The translations under genes and the position numbers were made by a program. Below the pieces are notes generated by a model, which saw only the letters and a list, made by a program, of their open reading frames with translations, searched no databases and was not told where the DNA came from. From assembly GCA_040954595.2 (NCBI GenBank), contig CM082593.2, positions 7,042,043 through 7,106,042 of the forward strand: DNA of 64,000 nt. The letters are read 5' to 3'. This document shows, one piece after another, positions 26,831 to 39,162 of the stretch. Position 1 is the stretch's first letter; each line of letters starts with the position of its first letter. This DNA comes from Balanoglossus misakiensis (lineage: Eukaryota; Animalia; Hemichordata).

Positions 26831-27663
26831 GGCTGCATTCACAAACACCTCTGGAGGGGGGGGGGCGGGAGAATTCAATTTTTTTTTACCGCTAATTTTC
26901 ACACGCCCCCCTTCCGAACTGCCAATATTTTCAAATCCCCCCCTTCCGAACTGCCAAAATTTTGAAATCCCCCCCCCCATTTTCTTTCACAGAGCAAAAC
27001 ACATCACCTATCTATCTTGTAAAAAGAAAAACAGCGCTCCCATGAAAAGAATTCGAAGCTGATGTTTCCCCTCATCAGTGGGTATTAAAACTGAACATTG
27101 TTTTTATTTTTTAAGTACATATATTTGTATTCTGTGTTGGGAGACATTGTAAACCGAGAATTGAAGGGGGTGGGTTTGGGAGGGGGTGTCCCCCTCCCAC
27201 GTAAGAAAATTTTCTAAAATACAGAGCTCAAAGTTGCATTTTAATGAACCCGGCAAAAGCAAATTAACTCAACTACTGGTATGTTGGGGAGGACAAATTT
27301 AACCGTTGCCGCTCAAAGTTATCATGGGGTGGGGCAAGTCCCCTGATCTGGGACACTAGATAAACCAGTCAATGATTGAAAGGTGTTGATGAATGGAGGG
27401 GGTGAACTCCAGTTCAATTCAATTTTCTAATGTGGGAGGGGGACACCCCCTCCCACATTAGAAAATTTTGTAAAATAAAGGGCGCGAAACTGCATTTTTG
27501 TGGACTCAAAATAAATATTTAGTCTTTAAAGTTTTCAAGTCCCCCCCTTTCAGTCCCTAAATTATTTCAAATCCCCCCCCCCTTACATACCCTCAATTTT
27601 TTCAAATCCCCCCCCCCCCTCAATTCTCCTGCCCCCCCTCCAGAGGTGTTTGTGAATGCAGCC
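26831..27663. mobile_element. MITE copy A (833 bp), PIF/Harbinger-like non-autonomous DNA transposon
   Basis: Terminal inverted repeats (TIRs) of ~40 bp: GGCTGCATTCACAAACACCTCTGGAGGGGG... / ...CCCCCTCCAGAGGTGTTTGTGAATGCAGCC. 3-bp TSD CAA (26828-26830 and 27664-27666). No ORF. Near-identical to 34226-35028. A 3-bp TWA-like TSD and GG-starting TIRs are typical of PIF/Harbinger. Confidence 0.92.
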
Positions 27664-28969
27664 CAAAGGCAGACATTAGGATCACAGTATCAAATGACTA
27701 TATATAAGTGGGTGATAATTACTTTACAATTTTCTCTGAGTTTGTACTTGACATGTCGGGTACAGATAATATTGGCCATGTTCAATGGGAGAAGTTCGCG
27801 ATTAGGGAATTTCAAACATCTTGGCGAAGATGAAGAGAAGCCAAACACTCTTTTCAAATGTCCACATAACCGTCACACAGGTCGTACCGCTTTGTGTCCA
27901 TATTTTCGAAAGATTTCAAATTAATATAAGTTGGCTCTACACCAGCCAAATCATCTCAGATTTTCACATGCGATTCCATGCACAATGTACCGTAAAACAG
28001 CTATTTTTCAGTACGTGGACTCAACAAGAACAGATGTCACTTGCTTTTGATCAGCTTTCAAACAATGATCTTGCGAGCACTCTCAGTTAAGAACAAGTAC
28101 AGCGAAAGGAAAACCAGAAAACCAATTGTTCCACGTTAACCTTTGTTTTAAAAATATTAAATTCTTAAATCTTACAAAAGTGACTTCTGTAATATTCTGT
28201 ATTTTAATGATACCAAAATTGCCATACGCAACAAAATATCCAAAATATAGCGACTTAGTTCCTACAAGTGCTACTAGCCCAGGTGATACAGCGGTTGTTA
28301 AACCAAATGAAATATTCAGTACAGGTTTACCGGATTTGAATATTGATGCAAATTGCATACCAATTGGTACAATACCAAGTGAAGCATCTGTTGACATTTT
28401 TGTTGCCATGGGTGACACGATAGGTGTCACCGGCAGTCGATGGAAACAAAGACGTATGAGACATCTGAAAGAGGCTCCATTAGATGACGTCATGAGCCGA
28501 TACAAACAATACGGATAACCTAGTGCGCCGTTTGAAAGTATTGGATACAATGAGAGTGGTCCAAGTGGAGCGTGGACAGGATGTTTTCGTGTTGAGTTGT
28601 GTGGCTTCGTTTGATTGGAAAAGTGTCTATTAATACACACTGACACAATAAAACACTTCAAGACTCCGAAGTTTCAGATATTAGGCCCATCTGTTATCAT
28701 TCGGACTAATTACGGGGGTCAGAACGACAGCAGCTGACATTGTGTTAACCAGTGACACTGCAGACGACCTAGTCCTTTCTCGCGCCATTGGAAAGTCTTG
28801 CACAAAAAGAGTCGCCTTGTGGAGTTTCACGTGAGACACGACATATTTGAAAACAGCAAATCCGATCAAATTTAGTCGGGTGTAAACTACAACAGCCAGG
28901 TAAGTGTAAGGATTATGTTTAGACTCACTGACGCAAAGGCAAATTCAGGAAATTCGACCGTTTCATTCA

Positions 28970-29170
28970 AGCTTTTTTTCTGGAGGAGAGTCATCTTGAA
29001 AGCTAAAATGAAATCTGGCTGTCCGCCAGCTATTTTTTAAATAAAATAAACAATTTGAATTTTTTACCAGTGGGTTGACACAGCTGGCTGTCACTTTGAA
29101 TTTTAAATGTGTTTAAAATTTCAGATTATTTGGTTTTCTTGACAAATATTTGTGCGAATACTCCAGAAAT
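28970..29170 (-). mobile_element. Highly degenerate copy of the CAAAATGGCCGCC-core repeat family
   Basis: ttttttaccagtgggttgacacagctggctgtcactttgaattttaaat resembles 33360-33412 and the reverse complement of 18761-18805. Boundaries approximate. Confidence 0.35.
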
Positions 29171-29400
29171 GTTAAAGTAGAACAAACATATTACATTAAT
29201 CAAGACTGTAGAGCAAAAGACAGACAAACGAAGACAGCCCCTCTCACAGAGGATTTTGCTGAAGACAAACATCACGGTGACTCTACAGTTGCGTTTGATA
29301 GTCTACCCTGACTTTACAGAGATCGATGTCTTCGAGTGACGTGTGATATTTGCTTTGTACAACATGCAGTCAGGTTACAGCTGCGCCATTCATTTGAAAT

Positions 29401-29524
29401 CCTTTGTTCGAAAGAATTCTCGGAGCTATATCAGGACTTGTGTGACTACAGAACAGAAACCTTTTGTTCGAAAGAAATCCTCCGAGCGATGACGAGACTA
29501 ATGTAGCCAGTTACAGCACTAAAC
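29401..29524. repeat. Degenerate ~60-bp tandem duplication
   Basis: cctttgttcgaaagaattctcggagc...acagaacagaaac (29401) versus cttttgttcgaaagaaatcctccgagc...acagcactaaac (29461). Confidence 0.7.
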
Positions 29525-32500
29525 GCGGTAACATACAAATGAATGCGCGATCCAGGCATTTCTTACGATTTCGTGAAGTTAGCAAGACGCTTGATTTAAC
29601 AGGAAAATGATGTCCTTCAGTGTGGCAGAGAGAACATGTTCAATGTTTCGTGGAAAGTGATCGATCAAGTGCATTCTCATGAAGATATTCTCAGTGACGC
29701 CGAAAGGCTTCGTAGTTTCCAGGATCATGCGATTTTTCCAATTTGGCGTACCTTCCCATGATTCCATCGCGAAATAATTCCAGGTCCTGTTGTGTTGTTA
29801 GCGGCGCGGTGTAACTCAAAAGATAACAGGTCACGGGGAACGATTTCATCAAGTTGGGAAATTTGATATGCTTACAAAATGAATTTCGAATTCATAGCTC
29901 ACATTTATTTCATATGTCAATGGGCGCCAGTTAAGACGTCCCAAGTCTAATCAAGCTCGATTCGATTTTTTTTCGGATCCTAATTCCTTCTGAGGCAATT
30001 CTTCCTCCCGTGGAATAAACAATTTAATTGCAAAATTGAAGTCCATATAGACCGTACCAATCAAATTAATATCAATTTCAGTGGCAGATTTGTGTTACAT
30101 CGGTTGCACAATCGCTATAAGACTCGCCTGTATGAAATCTGATCGACAGTTGTCATCATTAATAAACGGTGGAGCAGACTTTTGATTCTGTCCGTCAGTT
30201 TGGCGCCAAAAGTTTCAACTTTTAATTTACATCATAAGGCTGTGCGAGTACCTTCCCGATTCCCGCGCGTACGGTGTCGGTCGACCTATCTACGAGAAGT
30301 CATCCTGTCGGAGCTAGCTCAAATAAACAGAAGGATTTGACAATCGACGCAAAATGAGAACCGAATAAATTATCTGATGAAGCAGACTGCTAACATCCGT
30401 AACAAAGGACTAGTCTGTAAATTGTCAATGCAGGTGTACCAACAACATATGTAGATCGAATGAATTCGACTCCAATCAAAATTGGTTAAAATTCCAATAA
30501 CTATAATACTAAGGAGAGCTGCGGTCGCATAGTTCTCCGGCGGTCATCGGCGAATTAATCAAGTTACCTACTTGGAAGGCTTTTAGTTTTAGTGAGATAC
30601 GCGTGGCCTTCAACAAACAGAGAAAAACGAAGGCCAACTTTGCAGGGCCATATGTATAATAAATATGAACATTTATATAGGATCCACTATCTATCAACTT
30701 CGGATTTATTTTGGGATCTACAGACTTCTCGTCATCCATTCATTTTGTATATTTAATTCTATTTTCTATTTTCTTTTTACCGAGAAGTCCCAATGACAAT
30801 CTCTGTCCGTTCAACCAGGTCACGAGGAAGAACAAAATGGCGGACATAATTCGCGAAATCGTTCAAGTATGGAATCCGTGCACTTTGCGGCAAGCAAAAT
30901 TGATGCATATTCGTATCAGACACGTCATGTGGAGTCCATCGCAGCCGTTGCTTGGAGACGGGGAGTGAGTGACGGCGCGGGAACAGCGTCAAAGTCGTGT
31001 CTTCGTGTATTGATTTTGGGCATTGGTAAATTTGGCGTATTTGCAGTTGAATTCTATTCTTGTACCGAATATTGCGTTCTAATCAGTAAATGGCGTGATC
31101 GTGTCTGCTGCGCATCGTTCCGAATGTCGTTCCCCCCTTTTAAAGAAAAATGTTTCTTTAAATGTCAGTTCAGAGTATAGGATTTTCGTTATCGGCGAAA
31201 TAATTAGAAACCAACAGCAACACAATACATTTCTGTGAGGTTTGAAAATGAACCTATCATTAGGATGACATTCACAGTCGGGCGCGCAAAAAGAGCTGCT
31301 AACGAACTCAGGCCGCACGGCAGAAAGAATAATGAATTTAAATTGCACGTTTAGAAACAATTGCAGGTTGGAACTGTCGTTGTGTTAGCAGGGAAAGCTC
31401 GCGGCCGCGCCGGGCCGACGTTTGCTTTGAACGTACACTCATCACAATCTAAGACGTCATTGCACCCACAGTTAGGCGTAAACGTCAACCGAGTGAACTA
31501 TAAAAGTAAATTAGCACGCCTTGTTTTTCGAACTTGCTGTTTTCTGAGCGTGGTTTCGCCGCGTTGTAGCCTCTGGCCTGCACACGGCGCGGTTCAATTA
31601 AAGCCGATCTTCGGTTGGTGAACAAACACACCATTATTCTGCAGTTGGTGGGCAGGACCTTTGCTGACCGCGGAGAAAGAATAACACAGACTCGATCATT
31701 ACTGACAGAATTAATCTCCGAGAGATAAGGACGCTCATTCCTCTATCGGTAAAATTTGACATCATTCGCGACTTTGTGAACCCTCCCTTGTTTTGTTGTC
31801 ACTTGGGTATCTGGAGCCACCCGGCGGATAAAAACGGTACCTCGGGGAAATCATTCCTTGTGATTGATATGAATCCAAGATAAAACAAATTCTTGCCATA
31901 ATCACCACCGAAAGGGAGACAGGTTATAACTTTATTATGGTATTTTATATTAAAAACTGTTTTCTATATAAGGTGCAAACATCTTTGAAAGAAACGATTC
32001 TCGTGTGACATCATTGGCACGTTTGAATAAGAATTCGCGTCACGTGAGACTGCGTACACACACGAAAATAATGTTTTTCAGGGGGAACGATTTACTGTCT
32101 TTCTGAGTGGAAGCGAATAAAAACAGATAAATCAGTCAGCTTACCACAATGTGATAATAAATTTTAGCCATACTTTCCCTTAATGCTCAAATAACAAACA
32201 TAATGATTTCAGAATCAGTACAATGTTGACGAATATTTGCGCCATACTACCGTTGGAGCGGCTTATGTTATTATAAAAGTCGACAATTTCACTGTGCTTG
32301 CTTTAATATTTTTTAGTAAATTAAGTTTTCAATTTTAGTTGTTTTGTCAAAATGACCGTTAACGGTACTTAACTCCATAAAAGAACAAGTAATGTTCGAA
32401 TTCGACGACATAATTTCTGGTATTTACCCGATATTCGCGATAATGCGCAGTTTACCTCGAATAGATAAAGGATGCAATGCACCAAACGTTACATGACTGA

Positions 32501-33209
32501 TTAAAAAGATAACATGTCCAATCAGCTGAGTTCGGACAAGTGGGCGCCAATCACACCGTAATTTGCTCAATTTTCATTCATGGTCATGTCATTCGCGCGG
32601 GAGAAAAAATGGACAATAGAACATCTGATGTCACCCCCAAGCGATTGTCAGTTTGGAAGTGGGTTTATTGTGGCTTGCTCAAATCTCTTTCATGTCAAAA
32701 CAAAACTTGTAAGTTAAACCTTCACACCAGGACAGGCTGCTTCCTGGTCCATTACTAACGCTGGATGCGCTGTACGCACTTAGAGCGCAGCCAACGGTAG
32801 AAATTGACAGTTGAACTAAATTGATATCAAGTGGGGTGGGGGTGGGGTCGTGTTTCTCAAGACCAAGCTCGCCAACAAACCGACAACATACATTAAACAC
32901 TTACCGCATCGCAGAAAATAGTAGTAAGTTGACAATGTTTGCTTCCAAACAGCTAAGCGTTTTTCTAAAAGTCAGGGGACGTGAAACACAAAATTCAATT
33001 GCCGTGGCTTTACATCAAACACCCTTAATCCGAACTGTTATTCTCCCCTTTTGGAAATTGCAGGTAGAATGAACAGGAAATAATATATATAACTTTTAAG
33101 AACCTTGTTCTTCCTGTTCGGAAATTAAAGGCTAGAGATGAAGGAAGGAACTGTCTGTAACTTATGACGTATTCATTCTAGGAACCATAATGCATTTCGA
33201 AAGAGGTTG

Positions 33210-33420
33210 AATGAACTCGCCTCGGGGAGAGATTTTGGGAAAGATTATAGTTCTCCAAAACCTTTCAGTTCTTTGAGATATCAAAGCGAGGAGTCTTTTT
33301 GAAAACAAAGAAGAAAACACGGTGTTAACCGTCTTGATTTTCATAAAAATCACTTAATTTTTTCTCCATTTAAGATAACACGGAGATTGACGGCCATTTT
33401 GAATGTCAAATTTAAGGATT
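33210..33420 (-). mobile_element. Degenerate copy of the CAAAATGGCCGCC-core repeat family
   Basis: ttttctccatttaagataacacggagattgacggccattttgaatgtcaaat matches the reverse complement of 18761-18805. Begins with a CGCCTCGGGG terminal-like motif similar to CGCCTCGAAA at ~18634. Boundaries approximate. Confidence 0.5.
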
Positions 33421-34225
33421 TGACGTAACACAGCATGCGATTTTTCAAATGACATCGACCCGGAGTGCACTGACCTGACCAGCCTTGAACTGAATACGTT
33501 TAATCTGTATAACAGACTTTCCTTTTAAAAAATGAACAGTGCAAAAATCTCCTCCGCCTGAGAACCCCTTCCAAAATGGTTCGTTCCTGAAAGAATCCAC
33601 CGCACAAAAATCCACATGCGATGAACGGACTCCTCCAAACCATCAATGGTGATTCAATATTGTCTAACACATTCAACGTAATACAATGCGCGGCTATCGA
33701 TTGCAAACAGAAATGGAATTGTCCAACACACCGAATGTAACATAACGTTTTTTCATTGTACTGTACAGATGGACCGGTAGCTTTATCACAACCATTTAGC
33801 TAACACTAGGCAACACTGTGTTGTATATGGCATATGCATACTTGTAACAAAACGTAGCATAGCATAACAGTACCATATATGACATAACAAACATACCAAA
33901 TACCACAATAAGAACCAGTATATGAGTAACATACTAAAACGCAATGATAACGTTATGTGATTACATGACTGACCAAAAACTAGCAATTTGCTGCAGACCT
34001 ACTTTTGGGGTAAATTGCGAGAAGAAAAAGTCGTACTGCTCACTGTAAAAATAGATGAACCTTTACTCCTAATTTGAGAAATAAATTCGAACTGTTTTCT
34101 GATCCGAGGTTTGCGTCACGATTTATATGATTGCAGACCTACTTCAAGGAAAACTAACATTGACAGAAACCAGTGGCAAGCATGTCTGTCTGTGCAACCA
34201 CGGCCACTTTATTGCGACTCTATAA

Positions 34226-35028
34226 GGCTGCATTCACAAACACCTCTGGAGGGGGGGCGGGAGAATTCAATTTTTTTTACCGCTAATTTTCACATGCCCC
34301 CCTTCCGAACTGCCAATATTTTCAAATCCCCCCCTTCCGAACTGCCAAAATTTTGAAATCCCCCCCTCCCATTTTCTTTCACAGAGCAAAACATCACCTA
34401 TCTATCTTGTAAAAAGAAAAACAGCGCTCCCATGAAAAGAATTTGAAACCGATGTTTCCCCTCATCAGTGGGTATTAAAACTGCACATTGTTTTTATTTT
34501 TTAAGTACATATATTTGTATTCTGTGTTGGGAGACATTGTAAACCGAGAATTGAAGGGGGTGGGTTTGGGAGGGGGTGTCCCCCTCCCACGTAAGAAAAT
34601 TTTATAAAATACAGAGCTCAAAAGCTGCATTTTAATGAACCCGGCAAAAGCAAATTAACTCAACTACCGGTATGTTGGGGAGGACAAATTTAACCGTCGC
34701 CGCTCAAAGTTATCATGGGGTGGGGGCAAGTCCCCTGACCTGGGACACTAGATAAACCAGTCAATGATTGAAAGGTGTTGATGAATGGAGGGGGTGGGTG
34801 TGGGAGGGGGTGTCCCCCTCCCACATTAGAAAATTTTGTAAAATAAAGGGCGCGAAACTGCATTTTTGTGGACTCAAAAGAAATATTTAGTCGTTAAAGT
34901 TTTCAAGTCCCCCCCTTTCAGTCCCTAAATTATTTCAAATCCCCCCCCTTACATACCCTCAATTTTTTCAAATCCCCCCCCCCCTCAATTCTCCTGCCCC
35001 CCCTCCAGAGGTGTTTGTGAATGCAGCC
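34226..35028. mobile_element. MITE copy B (803 bp), same family and orientation as copy A
   Basis: Same TIRs. 3-bp TSD TAA (34223-34225 and 35029-35031). Differs from copy A by scattered substitutions, homopolymer length changes and one ~25 bp rearrangement. Flanks are unrelated, so these are independent insertions. Confidence 0.92.
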
Positions 35029-35611
35029 TAAATAAAACTAAATCACCCAAGAGCTCGGGCGAGATTCTCGGAGATGGAAATACATGTACGCGCAATCAGC
35101 GATATCGTGTGTCAGAAATCTCAAAGCTGGGGTGAATTAGCGAACGACTCCTGGAAATGGTTGGAGCGTACAAGGCGGCAAATGTGCACGTGACCGGGGA
35201 GATAATAGCTTTGCTTGTCAGAACACACGACATTTACTCTTCAAATTAGAATAGACGAGGACCTAGGTCAAATTACCTTTTAGAAGCTATTAGTCCCCAC
35301 TGCGAGTTGCATGATTTTTAATTCTGCATTCTAAGGTAGGAATCACCCTAGGCAAAAGTGCATTTAGACATGTTTCTCGCCGAGGAATCGCAAGTGCTTG
35401 TATAGGTACAGCGCAACATGGAAGACGAGAAGTCAGCTGAAGTGAAAACCCAACAAAAGCTATCTGGCGTTTTTAATTTATAGGAAATTGAGTCAGTTAA
35501 AATGATTTTTAATGGTTTCCGTGTTATCTGGAGTACTGTTGGGAATTCTTGTACGGTTCACAAATTCTGAAGGTGTCTTAGTTATTTGCCGCCACCTCTA
35601 AGTGGAGGTTG

Positions 35612-35687
<76 letters not shown>
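35612..35687. repeat. (GAT)n microsatellite, ~25 units
   Basis: Directly visible. It is the source of the poly-Met pseudo-ORF. Confidence 0.98.
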
Positions 35688-38600
35688 ATATGGTGGTGGT
35701 GGGTCTACTGATGGTGGCGGTGATTGTAATAACAATACCATCACTTCTTCAAGTTCCAGTGATAACTTAAGACGCGTGACGCTTGCCCCAAAATGTCACT
35801 TTGACACGTAAAATCCAGGTTGATTCCTTAATGGTTAGTTCGTCAAAGAAAAGGTTAAACGGTTATGAAACTCGGCAAAGGGGTCATATTCGCTGTAAAT
35901 GGTTCAGTGAGACTTGGAAAACGATTCAACGACGGTTAAAAATAGACACCGCGTCTGAGATACAGGTGCCGACCAGGTTGTCGATACGCGTCAGGGAATA
36001 GCACACGGTGAATTGAACACACCACTTTTCACGCCACGTTTGGTTAAATTTGCCGTCTCGAAAGTGCGCGCCCGATTTGTGCCGTTCTCTCTGTTCGAAG
36101 CGCGATGAAATTGCATCATCAGCTGTCTTGCAGCGATCTGGCAATGTCGTTTTTGATTGGCCAGTGTATTTGCATAAAGTAGTTTGCGAACAGGTGTGCG
36201 CGAATCGTGAGACTAATATGGAGTCGACCTTCAGAAAGCAGGTCACATACACCAATTTGACAAAAATCGGAATTTCTGTCACCCAAAGTACATGGTTAAC
36301 CTTGATATGGCTATCTGTACACACAGGTCAGATGCAGCACAGAACTTAGTACATACGGTGGTGCTTACCCTATAGAAAGTCGCTTGGTTGAGGCAACATG
36401 CTTCGCTCCTTTTGGTAAAGAACGCATGCAGGGGATCCACGTGGGAACTGAGTTCAGTTGTTGAGTTGTATACAAACTCCAAAGCTCATTCGAGTTGTCT
36501 GTAAAAAAAGGGTACCGTTATTGCTGGAGACCAGCTTGAAAGTTTAACCCGTTTCTCCGTTGTTGTTATTGCTGTAGTTTTTATTGAATTTAACAAGAAC
36601 TTCTGTACCTACGTGCTGAGTTGCCGGTCCCGCTTCCTGCCATGCTGTGGTGTTCTCAGGTTATCTCGTCCAGTCACGTGACGAGCAAGTTCTCGCGTTC
36701 TACGTGACGACGGATCCGGATGCTTTGAATACTCCATCACATAGTTTCCTCTCTCGGCATTCAATATGTGTTTGTTAGTGACATCGCAGGCGCTGAAGAA
36801 TAATAAATAGGAAAATATTACATTTAACAGCATGACGCTATATTGATGTACAAGCGAGTTCCCGGATGTAATTTCACGGCACTGTTGTTGACAGCCGACA
36901 GTGCACTTGCAATGTGATGCGTCATCTCGTGAAAATTAAAGAAGATGGTTACGAAATAGTCTCTCCGTTGGTCAAATTCGCTCTGTAACCCCGGGGTCTG
37001 GGAGAGTTGTATTTTTAAAAAAAATTGAATTGGGAAACTTTTATCTGCCTTACAATAGGATTTTACAACACTTTGAATAACACGAAATCCGACAGTTCGT
37101 CGTCTTTGAAAACTGACTAACGTCAGGGCCTGCTCTACAAGGCAAATACATTTACATCAAATCAGACGTTGATCGAAATTGCAGATATTCAAGACGCCTC
37201 TTGTGATTATGAGAACGTCCGGCCCTGGCAAATCCCAACTGAAAACTATCAATAAAGTCTGTTTCCATCTGTCAGATACGTCTTGAAGTTAATTCCGACT
37301 TCTTATCTATCTCCCTGTTTGATCAAAATCATCGTTGAAACCCACTGGATTGTTTCAAATCAAATATGTGCCATATCAGACGAAATTCCCGGGACACAAT
37401 AATTTGACAGGTGATTATTTTGTTTATTTCTGTCGAAGTCAGAGTTGGAAAACTAAAGTTGGCAAAAAGCACTCAACGGGAACGGAATTGGCACATACTT
37501 TTTCACTGTCCGTCAGCCGGTTGAGAATGACTTTTTTGGTATCATGGGCTAAATTTCAAGCATTTGTGCAACGCATGCTCAACTATTACCAATAAAGGCA
37601 ATACTGAACTCTGCAGCCAATCAGGACACTCCACTGCTGATCCAATCAGATTTCATTTTTTCTGTGAACTGAGGTAATGCAACGCAACCCTAGCGCTGCC
37701 AAGGTGATGTTAACAGTAGCATGATGCTGGAATCCTGTAGAGCGTGTGCACTACGGTGAAACGGCTCAACTGTGTGTACACGTACTTTGCTTTTATTTAA
37801 GCTGGATAACGCGCAGCTGTCAAATTTCTTCCCTCGAATGGAGTTTCTTCCCGGTCCCCGGTAGGTAACATTTCACTTCAGGCATCAATCAAAAATTCGA
37901 ACTCTGAGACGAATTCTACCTCTCGTCGTGCTTTTGATACTGCATGTCTCAATTTTTCACATACCCATTGTGCATTTTCAAATTAACGAAGGAGACGAGG
38001 TGTTTCTGACACCCCAGCGACCTGTGGGCGTAACACGGAAGCGATTGTAAAGAAACTGCGTGGCTTTGAAAACCAGTAATTTGCGTTGGGGCCTCGATAA
38101 CTGATAATTATGCAAGGTGCGAATTGATCTTTGAAGAACCGGTTCATTCAGTATAATGTCAGTGAGCAGAACAACACAATTAACTCGTGAAAGGAAACTA
38201 AAACAGCAAAAAATATCAAGAGTTGGCGACTTCATCCTATCAAGCAAACTCTTCGGCTTGCAACGAATCATTCAGTTCATTAAATCTTCGTCAGATACAT
38301 CTTGCACGGAGCTTTCTGGGTCGTCTCCAATTTCATACTCGCCGATGCGTCTCTCACGTTGTCAAGCGAAATGTACTGAGACATTAGCATGTCGCTAAAA
38401 CAGCCGTGTTAGTGTTAGTTTCACAGGACGCGAAGTTGGGTATGACGATTCTGATTTACGAATACACGCACTCGCTTTGAAGACCCGATATGTACATTCC
38501 GGATGTCTATCAGCTTCCAAAAGCTATTATTTTTAAAATTTATTGGTTTGTTGATTGTCTCAACATAACTCATCGCTGAATCGGGGACGGATAAATGTTT

Positions 38601-39004
38601 ATAGTACTCTGTGTCGGTAAAGGGTAGTTCAATGTCACGTACATGACGAGCACACCCCGTGGTGGATGACGTCACTGTTTTTCCCTCTGCCAACCGTGTG
38701 TCAGTCTCTGCCAATGACAGGTAACAACACATCAGTCATGGAGCGTGCGTCACCCCCGGTTTTTATTCATTTCTCTGCTCGTCCACCCGTTAATTCACCT
38801 GCTAATTATTAAAACCCACCCCTCCAACTATCCACCAATACACTCATCGCAGTCGCGTATTTTGTCTTTACCTATTAGTTGGTTCATTCTTCCATAAGTC
38901 CGCCATGAAATCTACTATTAATTCACTAGCCACTTAACCGAATCATCATCCCATCAAAGCGATATGCATCGAGCTGTTTGCCGGCCCGGTGGCCTCTTTC
39001 ACTG

Positions 39005-39108
39005 ATTCATTCGTTCATTCATTCCTTCGTTCATTCATTCATTCAGTCAGTCAGTCAGTCAGTCAGTCAGTCAGTCTTGGCAGTCAGTCAGTTACTCACT
39101 CATGCATT

Positions 39109-39159
<51 letters not shown>

Positions 39160-39162
39160 TTT
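39005..39162. repeat. Compound tetranucleotide microsatellite (ATTC)n-(AGTC)n-(ACTC)n-(ATTT)n
   Basis: Directly visible. Confidence 0.96.

Noticed and set aside
28083-28661. Longest ORF in the window (192 aa, minus strand)
   Set aside because: No recognisable domain, codon bias or splice context. Kept only as part of a low-interest finding.
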